Source: Gammaproteobacteria bacterium (GTDB taxonomy: Bacteria; Pseudomonadota; Gammaproteobacteria; Immundisolibacterales; JAKLLR01). From it: DNA of 50,579 bases. How positions within the stretch are numbered: the first letter of the stretch is position 1; each line of letters begins with the position of its first letter. This document shows, in pieces, positions 12,427 to 22,178 of this stretch. The notes under the pieces were generated by a model. It did not search any database. It was not told the origin of the DNA and saw only the letters and a program-made list of their open reading frames with translations. The translations under genes were made by a program, and so were the position numbers. The stretch is from NCBI GenBank assembly GCA_022014175.1, contig JAKLLR010000003.1:1-50579 (forward strand). The letters run 5' to 3'.

Positions 12427-13692
12427 TTAGAACTCCACCGTTACCCCCTCCTGCTCCAACAATGACCGCAGACGGCCCAGCCCGGCCTGAGGAATCTCCA
12501 CCCTCATGCGCCAGCCATTGTCGTCTACCGCTTCTTCGTGTAACACGGCACCCTCCGCGAACAGCTGACCGCGCAGTTTGCCGTACTCCCCGTGCATGGT
12601 AATGGTCCGGCGTAACCGCATCTCACCAGCCCGTTCAGAGATCGCCTGCAACAGCAGATCACAGCCGACACCCGTTGCGGCCGAGAGCCAGACCGCCTCT
12701 GCTTTGCCAGCGGCATTGCGAACAACTCTTGGGGCTTCGTCCATCAGGTCAATCTTGTTATAGATCATCAAGGTCGGCGTATCCACCACCTCAAGCGTCT
12801 TCAACACCTCGTTAACATCATGGATCTCACGCGCAAAAGTCGGGCTGCTGGCATCCACCACATGCAGCAGCAGATCAGCACTCACAGTCTCCTCAAGGGT
12901 CGCCCGGAAGGCTGCGATCAGGGTCGTCGGCAGGTTACGGATAAAGCCAACAGTATCGGCGATCACCACCGGCCCTGTTACCGGCACCTCAATCCGTCGC
13001 AAAGTGGGGTCAAGGGTCGCAAACAGCTGGTCAGCAGCTAACACATCGGACCCGGTCATCCGGTTGAACAGGGTCGATTTGCCGCTATTGGTGTAGCCTA
13101 CCAGAGAGCAGGAGGAGAGGCCGGACCGCTCCCGTCCACGCCGTTGCTGGACTCGGGTCCGGGCCACCCGGGCCAGGCGTTGCTGCAGCTGCCGCAAACG
13201 GGCCCGCAACAGTCGACGATCCGTCTCTAACTGGGTCTCACCCGGGCCGCGCAGACCGATCCCCCCTTTCTGACGCTCAAGATGGGTCCAGCCCCGAATC
13301 AGTCGCGTACTCAGACGCTCGAGCTGGGCCAACTCCACCTGCAATTTACCTTCGTAGGAGCGGGCGCGTTGGGCAAAAATATCAAGGATCAGGGTGGTTC
13401 GATCAATCACCCGGCAATCCAGCGCTTTTGATAGATTCCGCTCCTGAGAAGCACTCAGTGGGTGGTCAAAAATAACCAGATCAACACAAGTTCGGACGAC
13501 CTCCGTCTTAATCTCGTCAACTTTACCGCGACCAACCAGAAAACGGGCGGTGGCCCGATCTTGATTCGACTTAACCACATGGGCCGGGGTAACCCCGGCG
13601 GAGCGAACCAGAGTGAGAAACTCCGCCCAGTCCGCAGAACCGCCGCCATCAAAAGCGGTCGTGACCAGAACGGCCTGGGCGGTGGGATTAAT
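12427..13692 (-). CDS. hflX: Ribosome-splitting GTPase HflX; start codon non-canonical or uncertain
   Basis: GPGETQLETDRR, VGYTNSGKSTLFN, DTVGF, NKID; conserved N-terminal AVLV...EF..LVRSAG lies upstream of the tracked GTG 13578; frame open to 13713 with no ATG/GTG/TTG upstream of 13578. Confidence 0.93.
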   Translation of the reverse strand: MNPTAQAVLVTTAFDGGGSADWAEFLTLVRSAGVTPAHVVKSNQDRATARFLVGRGKVDEIKTEVVRTCVDLVIFDHPLSASQERNLSKALDCRVIDRTTLILDIFAQRARSYEGKLQVELAQLERLSTRLIRGWTHLERQKGGIGLRGPGETQLETDRRLLRARLRQLQQRLARVARTRVQQRRGRERSGLSSCSLVGYTNSGKSTLFNRMTGSDVLAADQLFATLDPTLRRIEVPVTGPVVIADTVGFIRNLPTTLIAAFRATLEETVSADLLLHVVDASSPTFAREIHDVNEVLKTLEVVDTPTLMIYNKIDLMDEAPRVVRNAAGKAEAVWLSAATGVGCDLLLQAISERAGEMRLRRTITMHGEYGKLRGQLFAEGAVLHEEAVDDNGWRMRVEIPQAGLGRLRSLLEQEGVTVEF

Positions 13693-13751
13693 CCGCCCCT
13701 CCGATCTGCAACATCAGACCGAGCCGACCCGAGGGGGAGACGGCATAAGCT

Positions 13752-13991
13752 CTATTCGGAATCAGTCTCGTCATCCGAGCTGAGATTGACACGCCGTGAG
13801 GGCACAACGGTTGAAATAGCGTGCTTGTAGACCATCTGGGAGACGGTATTTTTCAGTAGTACCACGTACTGATCAAAGGACTCGACCTGACCCTGTAACT
13901 TAATGCCGTTGACCAAAAAAATAGAGACCGGAATACGCTCTTTGCGCAGTGCATTCAAAAAAGGGTCCTGCAAACTCAGGTTCTTTTTCAT
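13752..13991 (-). CDS. hfq: RNA chaperone Hfq
   Basis: [28 protein letters not shown]...[10 protein letters not shown]; SD AAGGAG. Confidence 0.99.
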   Translation of the reverse strand: MKKNLSLQDPFLNALRKERIPVSIFLVNGIKLQGQVESFDQYVVLLKNTVSQMVYKHAISTVVPSRRVNLSSDDETDSE

Positions 13992-14124
13992 TATCGCTTT
14001 ACTCCTTCATTTACAGTTCAGAAAACCAGCCAGGATAGCCACCCGGCCGGAAACAGTGATTTTCGTTGAGTGGGGTATCCAGCGTCAAGCAATCCATCGC
14101 CCTCACCCCGGATAAATGGGGACG

Positions 14125-15054
14125 TCAGGGGGTTAAATCAAGAAACTGCTGCACTGCAGCAATCAGACCCCGCCCCGGCGCCTCAAACCAGATCGCATCC
14201 GGCTCCCGCCGGAGCCAGGTAAGCTGCCGCTTGGCCAGCTGTCGAGTGGCGACAATTGCTCGAAACCGGGCCTCATCAAAACTGTACTGCCCCTCTAGCC
14301 AGGACCAGATCTGGCGATAGCCCACAGCCCGCATGCTGGGGGTCTCCGGGCCAAGATCGGAACGCCGGTGTAGCCCCCGCACCTCTTCCACCAGACCGAC
14401 CTGGAGCATCTGATCGAAACGCTGCTCGACACGCTGATGAATAGTCGCCCGGTCCGGGGCCAGAATCAGTTTGATAACACGGTAGGGCAGCTGGTAGCTC
14501 TGCTGCTGCTGGGTCAGGGCGGTCCGGGTGCTGCCGGAGAGCAGGCAAACCTCAAGCGCCCGCTGAATGCGCTGGCGGTCGTTGGGGTCAATTCGCGCTG
14601 CCGCTTCCGGATCGAGATTCGCCAGCCGTTGATGCAGAGCGGGCCAGCCAGAGGCCTCTGCATCCTGCAGCAACTGCTGCCGCAACACCGGATCGGCGGT
14701 CGGCAGCTCCGCCAGACCTCGCTCCAGCGCCCGGTAATACAACAGGGTGCCACCGGCCAGCAGTGGCACACGCCCCGCCCCACTCACCCGAGCCATAACC
14801 GTCAGCGCATCGTCCCGAAACCGGGCGGCGGAGTACTCCTCAACCGGGTCGCAGATATCTATGAGGTGGTGGGGAATGCCGCCCATCTCCTCTGCATCCG
14901 GCTTGGCGGTGCCGATATCCATACCGCGGTAGACCATCGCTGAATCCACGCTGACCACCTCACAGTCGAATTCGGCCGACAGGGCTAGGGCAGCAGCGGT
15001 TTTGCCGGAGGCGGTAGGCCCCATGAGCAGGATGGCCGGGGGCAGCTCTTTCAT
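14125..15054 (-). CDS. miaA: tRNA dimethylallyltransferase
   Basis: GPTASGKT, DSAMVYRGMDIGTAKP, ATRQLAKRQLTW. Confidence 0.98.
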   Translation of the reverse strand: MKELPPAILLMGPTASGKTAAALALSAEFDCEVVSVDSAMVYRGMDIGTAKPDAEEMGGIPHHLIDICDPVEEYSAARFRDDALTVMARVSGAGRVPLLAGGTLLYYRALERGLAELPTADPVLRQQLLQDAEASGWPALHQRLANLDPEAAARIDPNDRQRIQRALEVCLLSGSTRTALTQQQQSYQLPYRVIKLILAPDRATIHQRVEQRFDQMLQVGLVEEVRGLHRRSDLGPETPSMRAVGYRQIWSWLEGQYSFDEARFRAIVATRQLAKRQLTWLRREPDAIWFEAPGRGLIAAVQQFLDLTP

Positions 15055-15060
15055 GCCCTC

Positions 15061-15069
15061 ATTCTAGCA
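15061..15069 (-). promoter_or_regulatory. Extended -10 element just upstream of miaA ATG
   Basis: TG-C-TAGAAT ending 6 nt before the ATG. Confidence 0.5.
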
Positions 15070-15153
15070 AAACCGTCCCCGTTCCCGCCGGGTATACTTG
15101 CGCCCGGGGCCTGAGTTCGAATACCACAACAAACCGACCAACACACAACCCGT

Positions 15154-16446
15154 ATGACCAAACAGCGATTGAAAGCCACCATTCTGGCCACTGGAGAGGA
15201 GGTTCTTCGGGGCGAACTAACCGACAGCAACAGCCCCCATATTGCGGACAAGCTCGGCGAACTGGGAATTGATGTCGAACTGCAACTCACCGCCGGCGAT
15301 CGCCCGGAGGACCTGAAATGGGCCATGCAGACCCTGCTGGGGCGATCAGACATTCTGGTGATTAGTGGCGGCCTGGGGCCAACCGAGGATGATCTCACCA
15401 CGGTTGTCGCTGCAGAGCTGGCAGGGGTCGAAACCTTTTTCGATGAGAGCAGCTGGCAGCAAATCGTCTCGCTGTTTGAGCAATATCGGATCCCGCTCAG
15501 TGAGAACAATCGGAAGCAGGCCTATTTCCCCCTCGGCGCAACCATACTCGAAAACCCCCGGGGCACTGCACCGGGCTTTGAGCTGCCGCTGGAGCTGGAT
15601 GGCGAGCAGAAATGGATCATCGCCCTGCCCGGGCCACCGGCAGAGATGCAGCCGATGCTCGCAACCTGGCTGACCCGCCGGTTTCCAGGCGGTGAAAATC
15701 AGGGCGATCTGTTCATTCGGCTGCTGGGTATTGGTGAATCCACCTTAGCCGAAGCACTGGAACCCTGGTCAGCCCGGTGGGGCCCGGTGAGTTATCGAGT
15801 TCAGTTTCCGGAGATACAGATCAAGCTCTATCGTCCTGAACCAGCCAAGGCCGCTGCCCTCTGCGACTTCCTCACCAAGAACCTGGCCCCCTATCTGGTG
15901 GACTTCTCCGCCCGAACCACCGCAGAACTGTTCGCGGATTATCTGCTGGAAAACAGGCTGACCTTTGCCGCCGCAGAGTCCTGCAGTGGCGGATTGCTGA
16001 GCAAAATTCTGACCGATGCCCCGGGCAGCTCCCGCTATTTTCTGGGGGGCGTGGTCTCCTACCATAACGATATTAAACAGTCCGCTCTCGGAGTGGATCC
16101 AAAAATTCTGGCAACAGAGGGCGCAGTGAGCGAATCGGTGGCGCTACAGATGGCCAGCGGCATTCGCAGCCGCTTCAAGTCAGACCTCAGCCTCAGCATC
16201 ACCGGCATTGCCGGCCCGGATGGCGGCACTCCAGAGAAACCCGTCGGCACTGTCTGGATGGGTAAAGCTACGGCTGAGGGGGTTGAGGCGAAGCTGATGC
16301 AGATGTTTCCCGGCCGCAACCGGGTGCGGGGCGCAGCACCCTTTCACGGCATGCACTGGATAATAGCAAGCTGGCTCGAAACCAGGCGCGCCAGATACCG
16401 GAGCAGCCTTAGCCCTGGAATCAGCTCGGCGCCCCAAAGACCATAG
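15154..16446 (+). CDS. cinA: Full-length CinA (molybdopterin-binding-like domain + PncC NMN deamidase)
   Basis: GEEVLRGELTDSN, SGGLGPTEDDLT, LPGPPAEM; AESCSGG, GAVSE, ITGIAGPDGGTPEKPVGTV. Confidence 0.92.
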   Translation: MTKQRLKATILATGEEVLRGELTDSNSPHIADKLGELGIDVELQLTAGDRPEDLKWAMQTLLGRSDILVISGGLGPTEDDLTTVVAAELAGVETFFDESSWQQIVSLFEQYRIPLSENNRKQAYFPLGATILENPRGTAPGFELPLELDGEQKWIIALPGPPAEMQPMLATWLTRRFPGGENQGDLFIRLLGIGESTLAEALEPWSARWGPVSYRVQFPEIQIKLYRPEPAKAAALCDFLTKNLAPYLVDFSARTTAELFADYLLENRLTFAAAESCSGGLLSKILTDAPGSSRYFLGGVVSYHNDIKQSALGVDPKILATEGAVSESVALQMASGIRSRFKSDLSLSITGIAGPDGGTPEKPVGTVWMGKATAEGVEAKLMQMFPGRNRVRGAAPFHGMHWIIASWLETRRARYRSSLSPGISSAPQRP

Positions 16447-16470
16447 ACCGACTGCTGGAACCGGTCGTAA

Positions 16471-16495
16471 CCGGGGCTGAAGCCCGCGCTCCACC
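16471..16495. repeat. Single REP-like palindrome between convergent cinA and lysS
   Basis: Minus strand GGTGGAGCGCGGGCTTCAGCCCCGG: GGGCT-TC-AGCCC hairpin with a GTGG 5' end; only one copy seen. Confidence 0.3.
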
Positions 16496-16733
16496 AGCGC
16501 TGCAATTTTCACACATGTCGACCCGGTCCGCTGATGCATCGGGAACCTGCATCTATGCTGAATTTCTGAAATCAGACTAACCCTGCTCATAGGGGCCATC
16601 GGGCAGAGCAAATCCCCCAAACCAATGGTGCCGGCGCGCATTTCAGGCGGCTTCGGCACTCCCCGAAAGCTGGCTGGGTGGCGTCTGTGTGAGGCTTTGG
16701 TTATCGCTATCCGTCATTAAAGAACTGCTTGAA

Positions 16734-18230
16734 TCAGGCTTCAAAATGCTGTTCAGGACGCATGTGAGGGAACAGCAGCACGTCGCGAATCGAAGGGGCA
16801 TCAACGAACAACATGACCAGACGGTCAATACCAATACCCTGCCCGGCGGTGGGGGGCATACCGTACTCCAGAGCGCGGACATAATCGGCATCGTAGTACA
16901 TCGCTTCATCGTCTCCGGCCGCCCGTTCAGCGGTCTGAGCATGGAAGCGGGCCGCCTGATCATCCGCGTCATTCAATTCAGAAAAGCCGTTGGCGATCTC
17001 ACGGCCTGCAATGAAGAGTTCAAAGCGGTCCGTTACCTCCGGATTATCATCGCTGCAACGGGCCAGGGGGGACACTTCGGTGGGAAAGGCTGTCACGAAG
17101 GTCGGCTGATGCAGACTCTCTTCCACAGTTTTCTCGAACAGTTCGGTCAGCAGTTTACCTGTGCCCCAACTCGGCTCCCAGTGCGCGCCGACGGCCTCAA
17201 GTCTGGCGCGCAAGGCGTCCTGGTGTGTCGCCGTCTCCGCCGTCAGTCCCGGGTTGTGGGCCAGGACCGCATCGCGCATGGTAATACGGGTGAACGGTGC
17301 GCTGAACTCCAGTTCCGCCCCCTGATAACTCAAGGTCGTGGTGCCAAGTAGCGTCTGAGCCAAGAACCCCAGCATCACCTCGGTCAGATCCATCATATCG
17401 TGGTAGCTGGCATAGGCCTGATAAAACTCCACCATGGTGAATTCCGGATTGTGCCGAGTGCTCACCCCTTCGTTACGAAAGCTGCGATTGACCTCAAATA
17501 CCCGCTCCAGACCGCCCACCACCAGCCGCTTGAGGTAGAGCTCCGGGGCGATACGCAGATAGAGGGTCATATCCAGGGCATTGTGATGGGTCTTAAATGG
17601 TCGTGCTGCCGCCCCCCCCGGCAGCGGATGCATCATCGGGGTCTCGACTTCGAGGTAGTCCCGTTCCAACAAGAACGAACGCAGCCCAGCAATCAGGCGG
17701 GAACGCAGTCGAAACAGGCTGCGGCTCTTTTCGTTCATAATCAGATCAAGATAGCGCTGCCGGTAGCGGACCTCCTGATCCTGCAGGCCGTGCCACTTCT
17801 CCGGCAGCGGCCGTAGTGCCTTGACCAGCAGACAGACCTGGTCAACCTTGACCGACAACTCCCCGGTGCGGGTCCGGAACAACGCCCCTTGGACACCAAT
17901 GATGTCGCCGATATCCCATTTTTTAAACTGCTCGTTATAGAACCCCTGCGGCAAGCTATCCCGTTGTAGATAGAGCTGAATCTGACCGCTATCATCCTGC
18001 AGATGGGCAAAACTCGCCTTGCCCATCACCCGGCGGGTCATCATGCGCCCCGCCAGAGCCACCCGCACCGGGGCCTGCTCCAGCTCTTCGCCATCAACGT
18101 CAGCCTAGCGACTCAACAGATCAGCAGCTCGGGAGTCCGGCTTGAAATCATTGGGATAGGGGTTGCCGCTCTCCCGCAGACGGGCCAGCTTCTGCCGCCG
18201 CTGCTGGATCTGGTCGTTACTCTCATCCAT
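16734..18230 (-). CDS. lysS: Lysine--tRNA ligase (class II) interrupted by in-frame TAG at codon 42
   Basis: [29 protein letters not shown]...[21 protein letters not shown]; [23 protein letters not shown] motifs. Confidence 0.95.
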
Positions 18231-18241
18231 TGTTTTTACAC

Positions 18242-19337
18242 TCACAATCCGCTTTTCAGCGCGGCTTCGATAAATTCATCCAGGTCACCATCCAGCACGG
18301 CGCCGGTATTACCCACTTCGACGTTGGTACGCAGGTCCTTGATCCGGGACTGATCCAGCACGTAACTGCGAATCTGGCTACCCCAGCCAATGTCGGCCTT
18401 GCCGGCCTCCACTGCAGCACTCTCCGCCCGCCGTTTCTGCATCTCGTGTTCGTAGAGTTTCGCCCGCAGCTGACTCATGGCCTGCGCCCTGTTCTTGTGC
18501 TGACTGCGGTCGTTCTGACACTGCACCACGATGCCGGTGGGCTCGTGGGTGATGCGAATGGCTGACTCGGTCTTGTTGACATGCTGGCCGCCGGCACCGG
18601 AGGCCCGGTAGGTATCGATACGCAGATCCGACGGATTCACTTCAACATCAACCGAGTCGTCAATCTCCGGGTAGATAAAGACCGAGGCAAACGAGGTGTG
18701 TCGCCGGGCACCGGAGTCGAACGGCGACTTGCGCACCAGCCGGTGCACCCCGGTTTCAGTCCGCAAATAACCATAGGCATATTCGCCCCGCACGGTGATG
18801 GTCGCACTCTTGATGCCCGCCACCTCACCATCGGAGCGCTCGGTAATTTCGGTCTGAAAACCGTGCCGCTCCGCCCAGCGAATGTACATTCGCAGCAGCA
18901 TTGAAGCCCAATCCTGGGCCTCGGTGCCGCCGGAGCCGGACTGCACATCAATAAAGGCGTTGTTGGCATCCGCCTCACCTGAGAACATGCGGCGAAATTC
19001 GAGGGCCTCCAGAGAGGCTGCTGCCTTGGCCACATCGACTTCGACCTCGGTAACCGCCTCTTCATCCTGCTCGTCCCGGGCCATCTCAAGCAGTTCCAGG
19101 TCATCTTCCAGCCGGGTACCGAGACTACCCAGAAGATCCACCACGTCCTCTAGTCGGGCGCGCTCCTGATTCAGCTCCTGGGCGCGGGTGGGCTCGTCCC
19201 AGAGGCTCGGGTCTTCCAGCTCCCGCCGAACCTCTTCCAGCCGTTCCCGCCGACCATCGAAGTCAAAGATACCCCCTGAGCGCATCCAGACGCTTTTCAA
19301 GATCGTTAATCTGGTTAATCAGCGGGTTGAGTTCCAT
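18242..19337 (-). CDS. prfB: Peptide chain release factor 2 (programmed +1 frameshift after codon 24)
   Basis: ATG 19337 [24 protein letters not shown], then CTT TGA C; SPF anticodon-mimic and GGQ motifs in the +1 frame. Confidence 0.98.
19262..19277 (-). promoter_or_regulatory. RF2 +1 frameshift cassette
   Basis: AGGGGG TAT CTT TGA C: internal SD, slippery codon and stop. Confidence 0.97.
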
Positions 19338-19438
19338 CGAAAATCCTGTCATTCAAGGGGAATAGCACGAGAGCACGACATTGTACGCAGCGGCCAGTTT
19401 AGGGTCGAGCTTGAGGACGCATCAACATCTAGGAAAAT

Positions 19439-21169
19439 TCAGCGCCAGAGGTGACTGATATTCAACTGGACAGAGGCCCGCCCCTGCCATTCGTTGACCT
19501 CAAGACGATAGGCCACCACCAACTCACTGCCCCGCTCCGGCAGACCGTTATCCGCCTGCCCGAAAGCGATAGCATCCCATTCATCGCCGGAGGCGGGGTC
19601 TGCCAGCCGCATTTTCAGATGATTCTCCCCCACAACCCGAACCTGACGCACCACAAACCGACCCTCAAACAGGGGTTCCGGAAAGCCAATACCCCAGGGG
19701 CCGGCCGCTATCAGCGCCTGTGCTACAGTCAGACAGATCTGCTCTGGTCGAAGCGGCCCGTCACTCAAGACTATCGGCCGAAAAGGCAGACCATCGTTGC
19801 GGCGAATCACCTCCTGGTTGAGCAACTCGGAAAACTCCGGCAACGCACCCGGCGCCAGAGTGAGACCCGCCGCCATGGCATGACCGCCAAAAGTGCGCAC
19901 CAGCTCTGGCCGATGACTTACCACTGTCTCGATCGCATCCCGGATATGGATGGCTGAAACTGAGCGGGCGGAGCCCTTTAGGCAACCGGGCTGGTTATCA
20001 ATATTGGCATCCGCAAAAGCGATCACCGGCCGCTGCAATTGCTCCTTAATCCGGGAGGCGAGAATCCCGACGATGCCCTGGTGCCACTGGGGTTGATAGA
20101 CGCAGACCGCACCCTCCCCCAACCGCCCCTCAGCCAGCAGACGATCAAGCTCCGCCCTGGCGTCGATCTCCATCTCCACACCGATCTGCCGCCGCTGCCG
20201 ATTGAGCTGGTCCAGCTCAGCTGCCAGTTCATCAGCCACCCCGGCAGGCGCCATCAGACACTCCACACCCAGCGAGATGTCATCCAGCCGTCCGGCAGCA
20301 TTCAACCTCGGGCCAACTACAAAACCCAGATCAGCCGCCTGCGCCTTTTCAGGCGCCCTGTTTGCCAGCCGCAGCAGCGCCAGAACGCCAGGACGACAGC
20401 GCTGGGCCCGGATACGGGCCAGTCCTTGGGCCACCAGAATCCGGTTATTACGATCCAGCCGAGCCACATCGGCCACGGTGCCCAGCGCCACCAGGTCGAG
20501 AAACGCCGCCAGATTGGGTTCAGGCCGGCCAGGGCCAAACCAGCCGGAGGCCCGAAGAGCAGCCCGCAGCGACATCAGCAGATAGAAGAGCACACCGACC
20601 CCAGCCAGAGATTTGCTGCCGAACTCACAACCCGGCTGGTTGGGATTGAGAATGGCATCCGCCTCCGGCAGTTCAGGACCCGCCAGATGATGGTCGGTCA
20701 CCAGCACCCGCAGCCCGAGGCGACGGGCCTCTGCCACCCCCTCAATGCTGCTGATGCCGTTATCAACGGTGATCAACAGACCCGGCTGACGCGCGGCGGC
20801 GATGGCAACGATTTCAGGGGTCAGTCCGTAGCCATATTCAAACCGGTTGGGCACCAGATAATCCACATCCGCCACCCCCAACGCTTGCAGCCCCAACACC
20901 CCCAGCGCGCAGCTGGTGGCACCGTCGGCATCGAAATCGCCCACAAACAGGATGCGCTGCCCGGTCTGAACTGCAGCGGTCAGAATCCCGGTCGCCCGGG
21001 TGATGCCTTTAAGTCCCTCCGGGGGCAGCAGACCGGCCAGGGCCAGGTCGCTCTCTGCTGGAGAGAGACCTCGGGCTGCGTATAACCCCGCAAGCAGCTC
21101 ATCCGTTCCAGTTGCCTGCCACTGGCTGAGCAGGCTCTGATCCACCACCGAGCGCCGGGCTAGCTCCAT
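19439..21169 (-). CDS. recJ: ssDNA 5'-3' exonuclease RecJ
   Basis: GDFDADGATS, ITVDNGI, TDHH, GPRLNAAGRL, GSARS, FGGHAMAAG; start ATG 21169 or GTG 21196. Confidence 0.97.
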   Translation of the reverse strand: MELARRSVVDQSLLSQWQATGTDELLAGLYAARGLSPAESDLALAGLLPPEGLKGITRATGILTAAVQTGQRILFVGDFDADGATSCALGVLGLQALGVADVDYLVPNRFEYGYGLTPEIVAIAAARQPGLLITVDNGISSIEGVAEARRLGLRVLVTDHHLAGPELPEADAILNPNQPGCEFGSKSLAGVGVLFYLLMSLRAALRASGWFGPGRPEPNLAAFLDLVALGTVADVARLDRNNRILVAQGLARIRAQRCRPGVLALLRLANRAPEKAQAADLGFVVGPRLNAAGRLDDISLGVECLMAPAGVADELAAELDQLNRQRRQIGVEMEIDARAELDRLLAEGRLGEGAVCVYQPQWHQGIVGILASRIKEQLQRPVIAFADANIDNQPGCLKGSARSVSAIHIRDAIETVVSHRPELVRTFGGHAMAAGLTLAPGALPEFSELLNQEVIRRNDGLPFRPIVLSDGPLRPEQICLTVAQALIAAGPWGIGFPEPLFEGRFVVRQVRVVGENHLKMRLADPASGDEWDAIAFGQADNGLPERGSELVVAYRLEVNEWQGRASVQLNISHLWR

Positions 21170-21200
21170 AACCGCGCCAATCCCGTGATCAGCCACAGCA

Positions 21201-22178
21201 TTACCAGAATCGCCACCAGGGCCTCAGGCTAGCCCGGTCCCAGGCGGTGATCTGTCGACGGTTTCGATCCATCTGCCAGATTTCCAGTTGATCGAGCACC
21301 CCGCTACCCAGGGCCTGGTGCAGTTCAGTCATCAGGGGGGTTGTCTGTTGGAGTTGGTCGATCTCCGGCAGCAGTAGTGCCGGCCCGGTCGGGGCGGAAT
21401 CGAGCCAGCAACGGAGCCACTCACTCAGATCTTCCGGCAGCGCCTCCGCTTTACGCCCCCCAAGCTGAGCCAGTCCAACGGCCAGGGGATCATTCGAAAC
21501 CACCTGCTGCCAGGGCGTTTCCCTCACCCTGGGTTGGCTGCCGCCGCCCCAGAACCAGAGGCTGTTGACCGGGTAACGGTCCTGCTCGGCCCGAGCCAGA
21601 TTCACCGGGTGGTGGTGCAGCAGCATCTGCAATTCATTCATGCGGCGACACCAGTTCATGGCATCATCGCCCCTGGGCAGATGGGGCTCGATGGCCCCAC
21701 CCTCTATCGCCGACAATGGGGTGGTCTGTAACTTAGTGGAGCCGGGCAGCCGTAGATACCAGCGGAATGGATCCGGCGAAAACAGCTCCAACTGCTCTTC
21801 CGCCAGAAATGCAGCCACAGTCGCGGCCAGCTGACCCGCCTCGGCCAGATCCAAACCGACGCTCCGAGCACCGGCCAGCAGCAGTTGGTCCCGGGTGGCC
21901 TGCAGACAGACCGGGTCGGCCCGCAGCCAGTAACCGGGGGCTGCTTCAGCCAGATCCACCACGGCAGTGACCGCTGCGACCGGCAGATCCATATCTGCTG
22001 CCGGACTCAGATTAAACAGCTCGAACAGCGCGCCGGCACGACCCCCGTGTGTCACCGCTGTCTCAATAACAGTCTCTTGCCCCTTCGGCCACAGCTGTCG
22101 ACTGGAGTCAACCAAAGACTCCAGAGCCGGTAAAACCAGGGTAATTCGGGGTTTCCCTGAACCCGCCCCGGTAGTCAA
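21201..22178 (-). CDS. Conserved hypothetical protein (phosphoglycerate-mutase-like family found upstream of recJ)
   Basis: WLRADPVCL, RRMNELQMLLHHHPVNLAR..PVNSLWFWGGG; overlaps mutL stop. Confidence 0.7.
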   Translation of the reverse strand: MTTGAGSGKPRITLVLPALESLVDSSRQLWPKGQETVIETAVTHGGRAGALFELFNLSPAADMDLPVAAVTAVVDLAEAAPGYWLRADPVCLQATRDQLLLAGARSVGLDLAEAGQLAATVAAFLAEEQLELFSPDPFRWYLRLPGSTKLQTTPLSAIEGGAIEPHLPRGDDAMNWCRRMNELQMLLHHHPVNLARAEQDRYPVNSLWFWGGGSQPRVRETPWQQVVSNDPLAVGLAQLGGRKAEALPEDLSEWLRCWLDSAPTGPALLLPEIDQLQQTTPLMTELHQALGSGVLDQLEIWQMDRNRRQITAWDRASLRPWWRFW

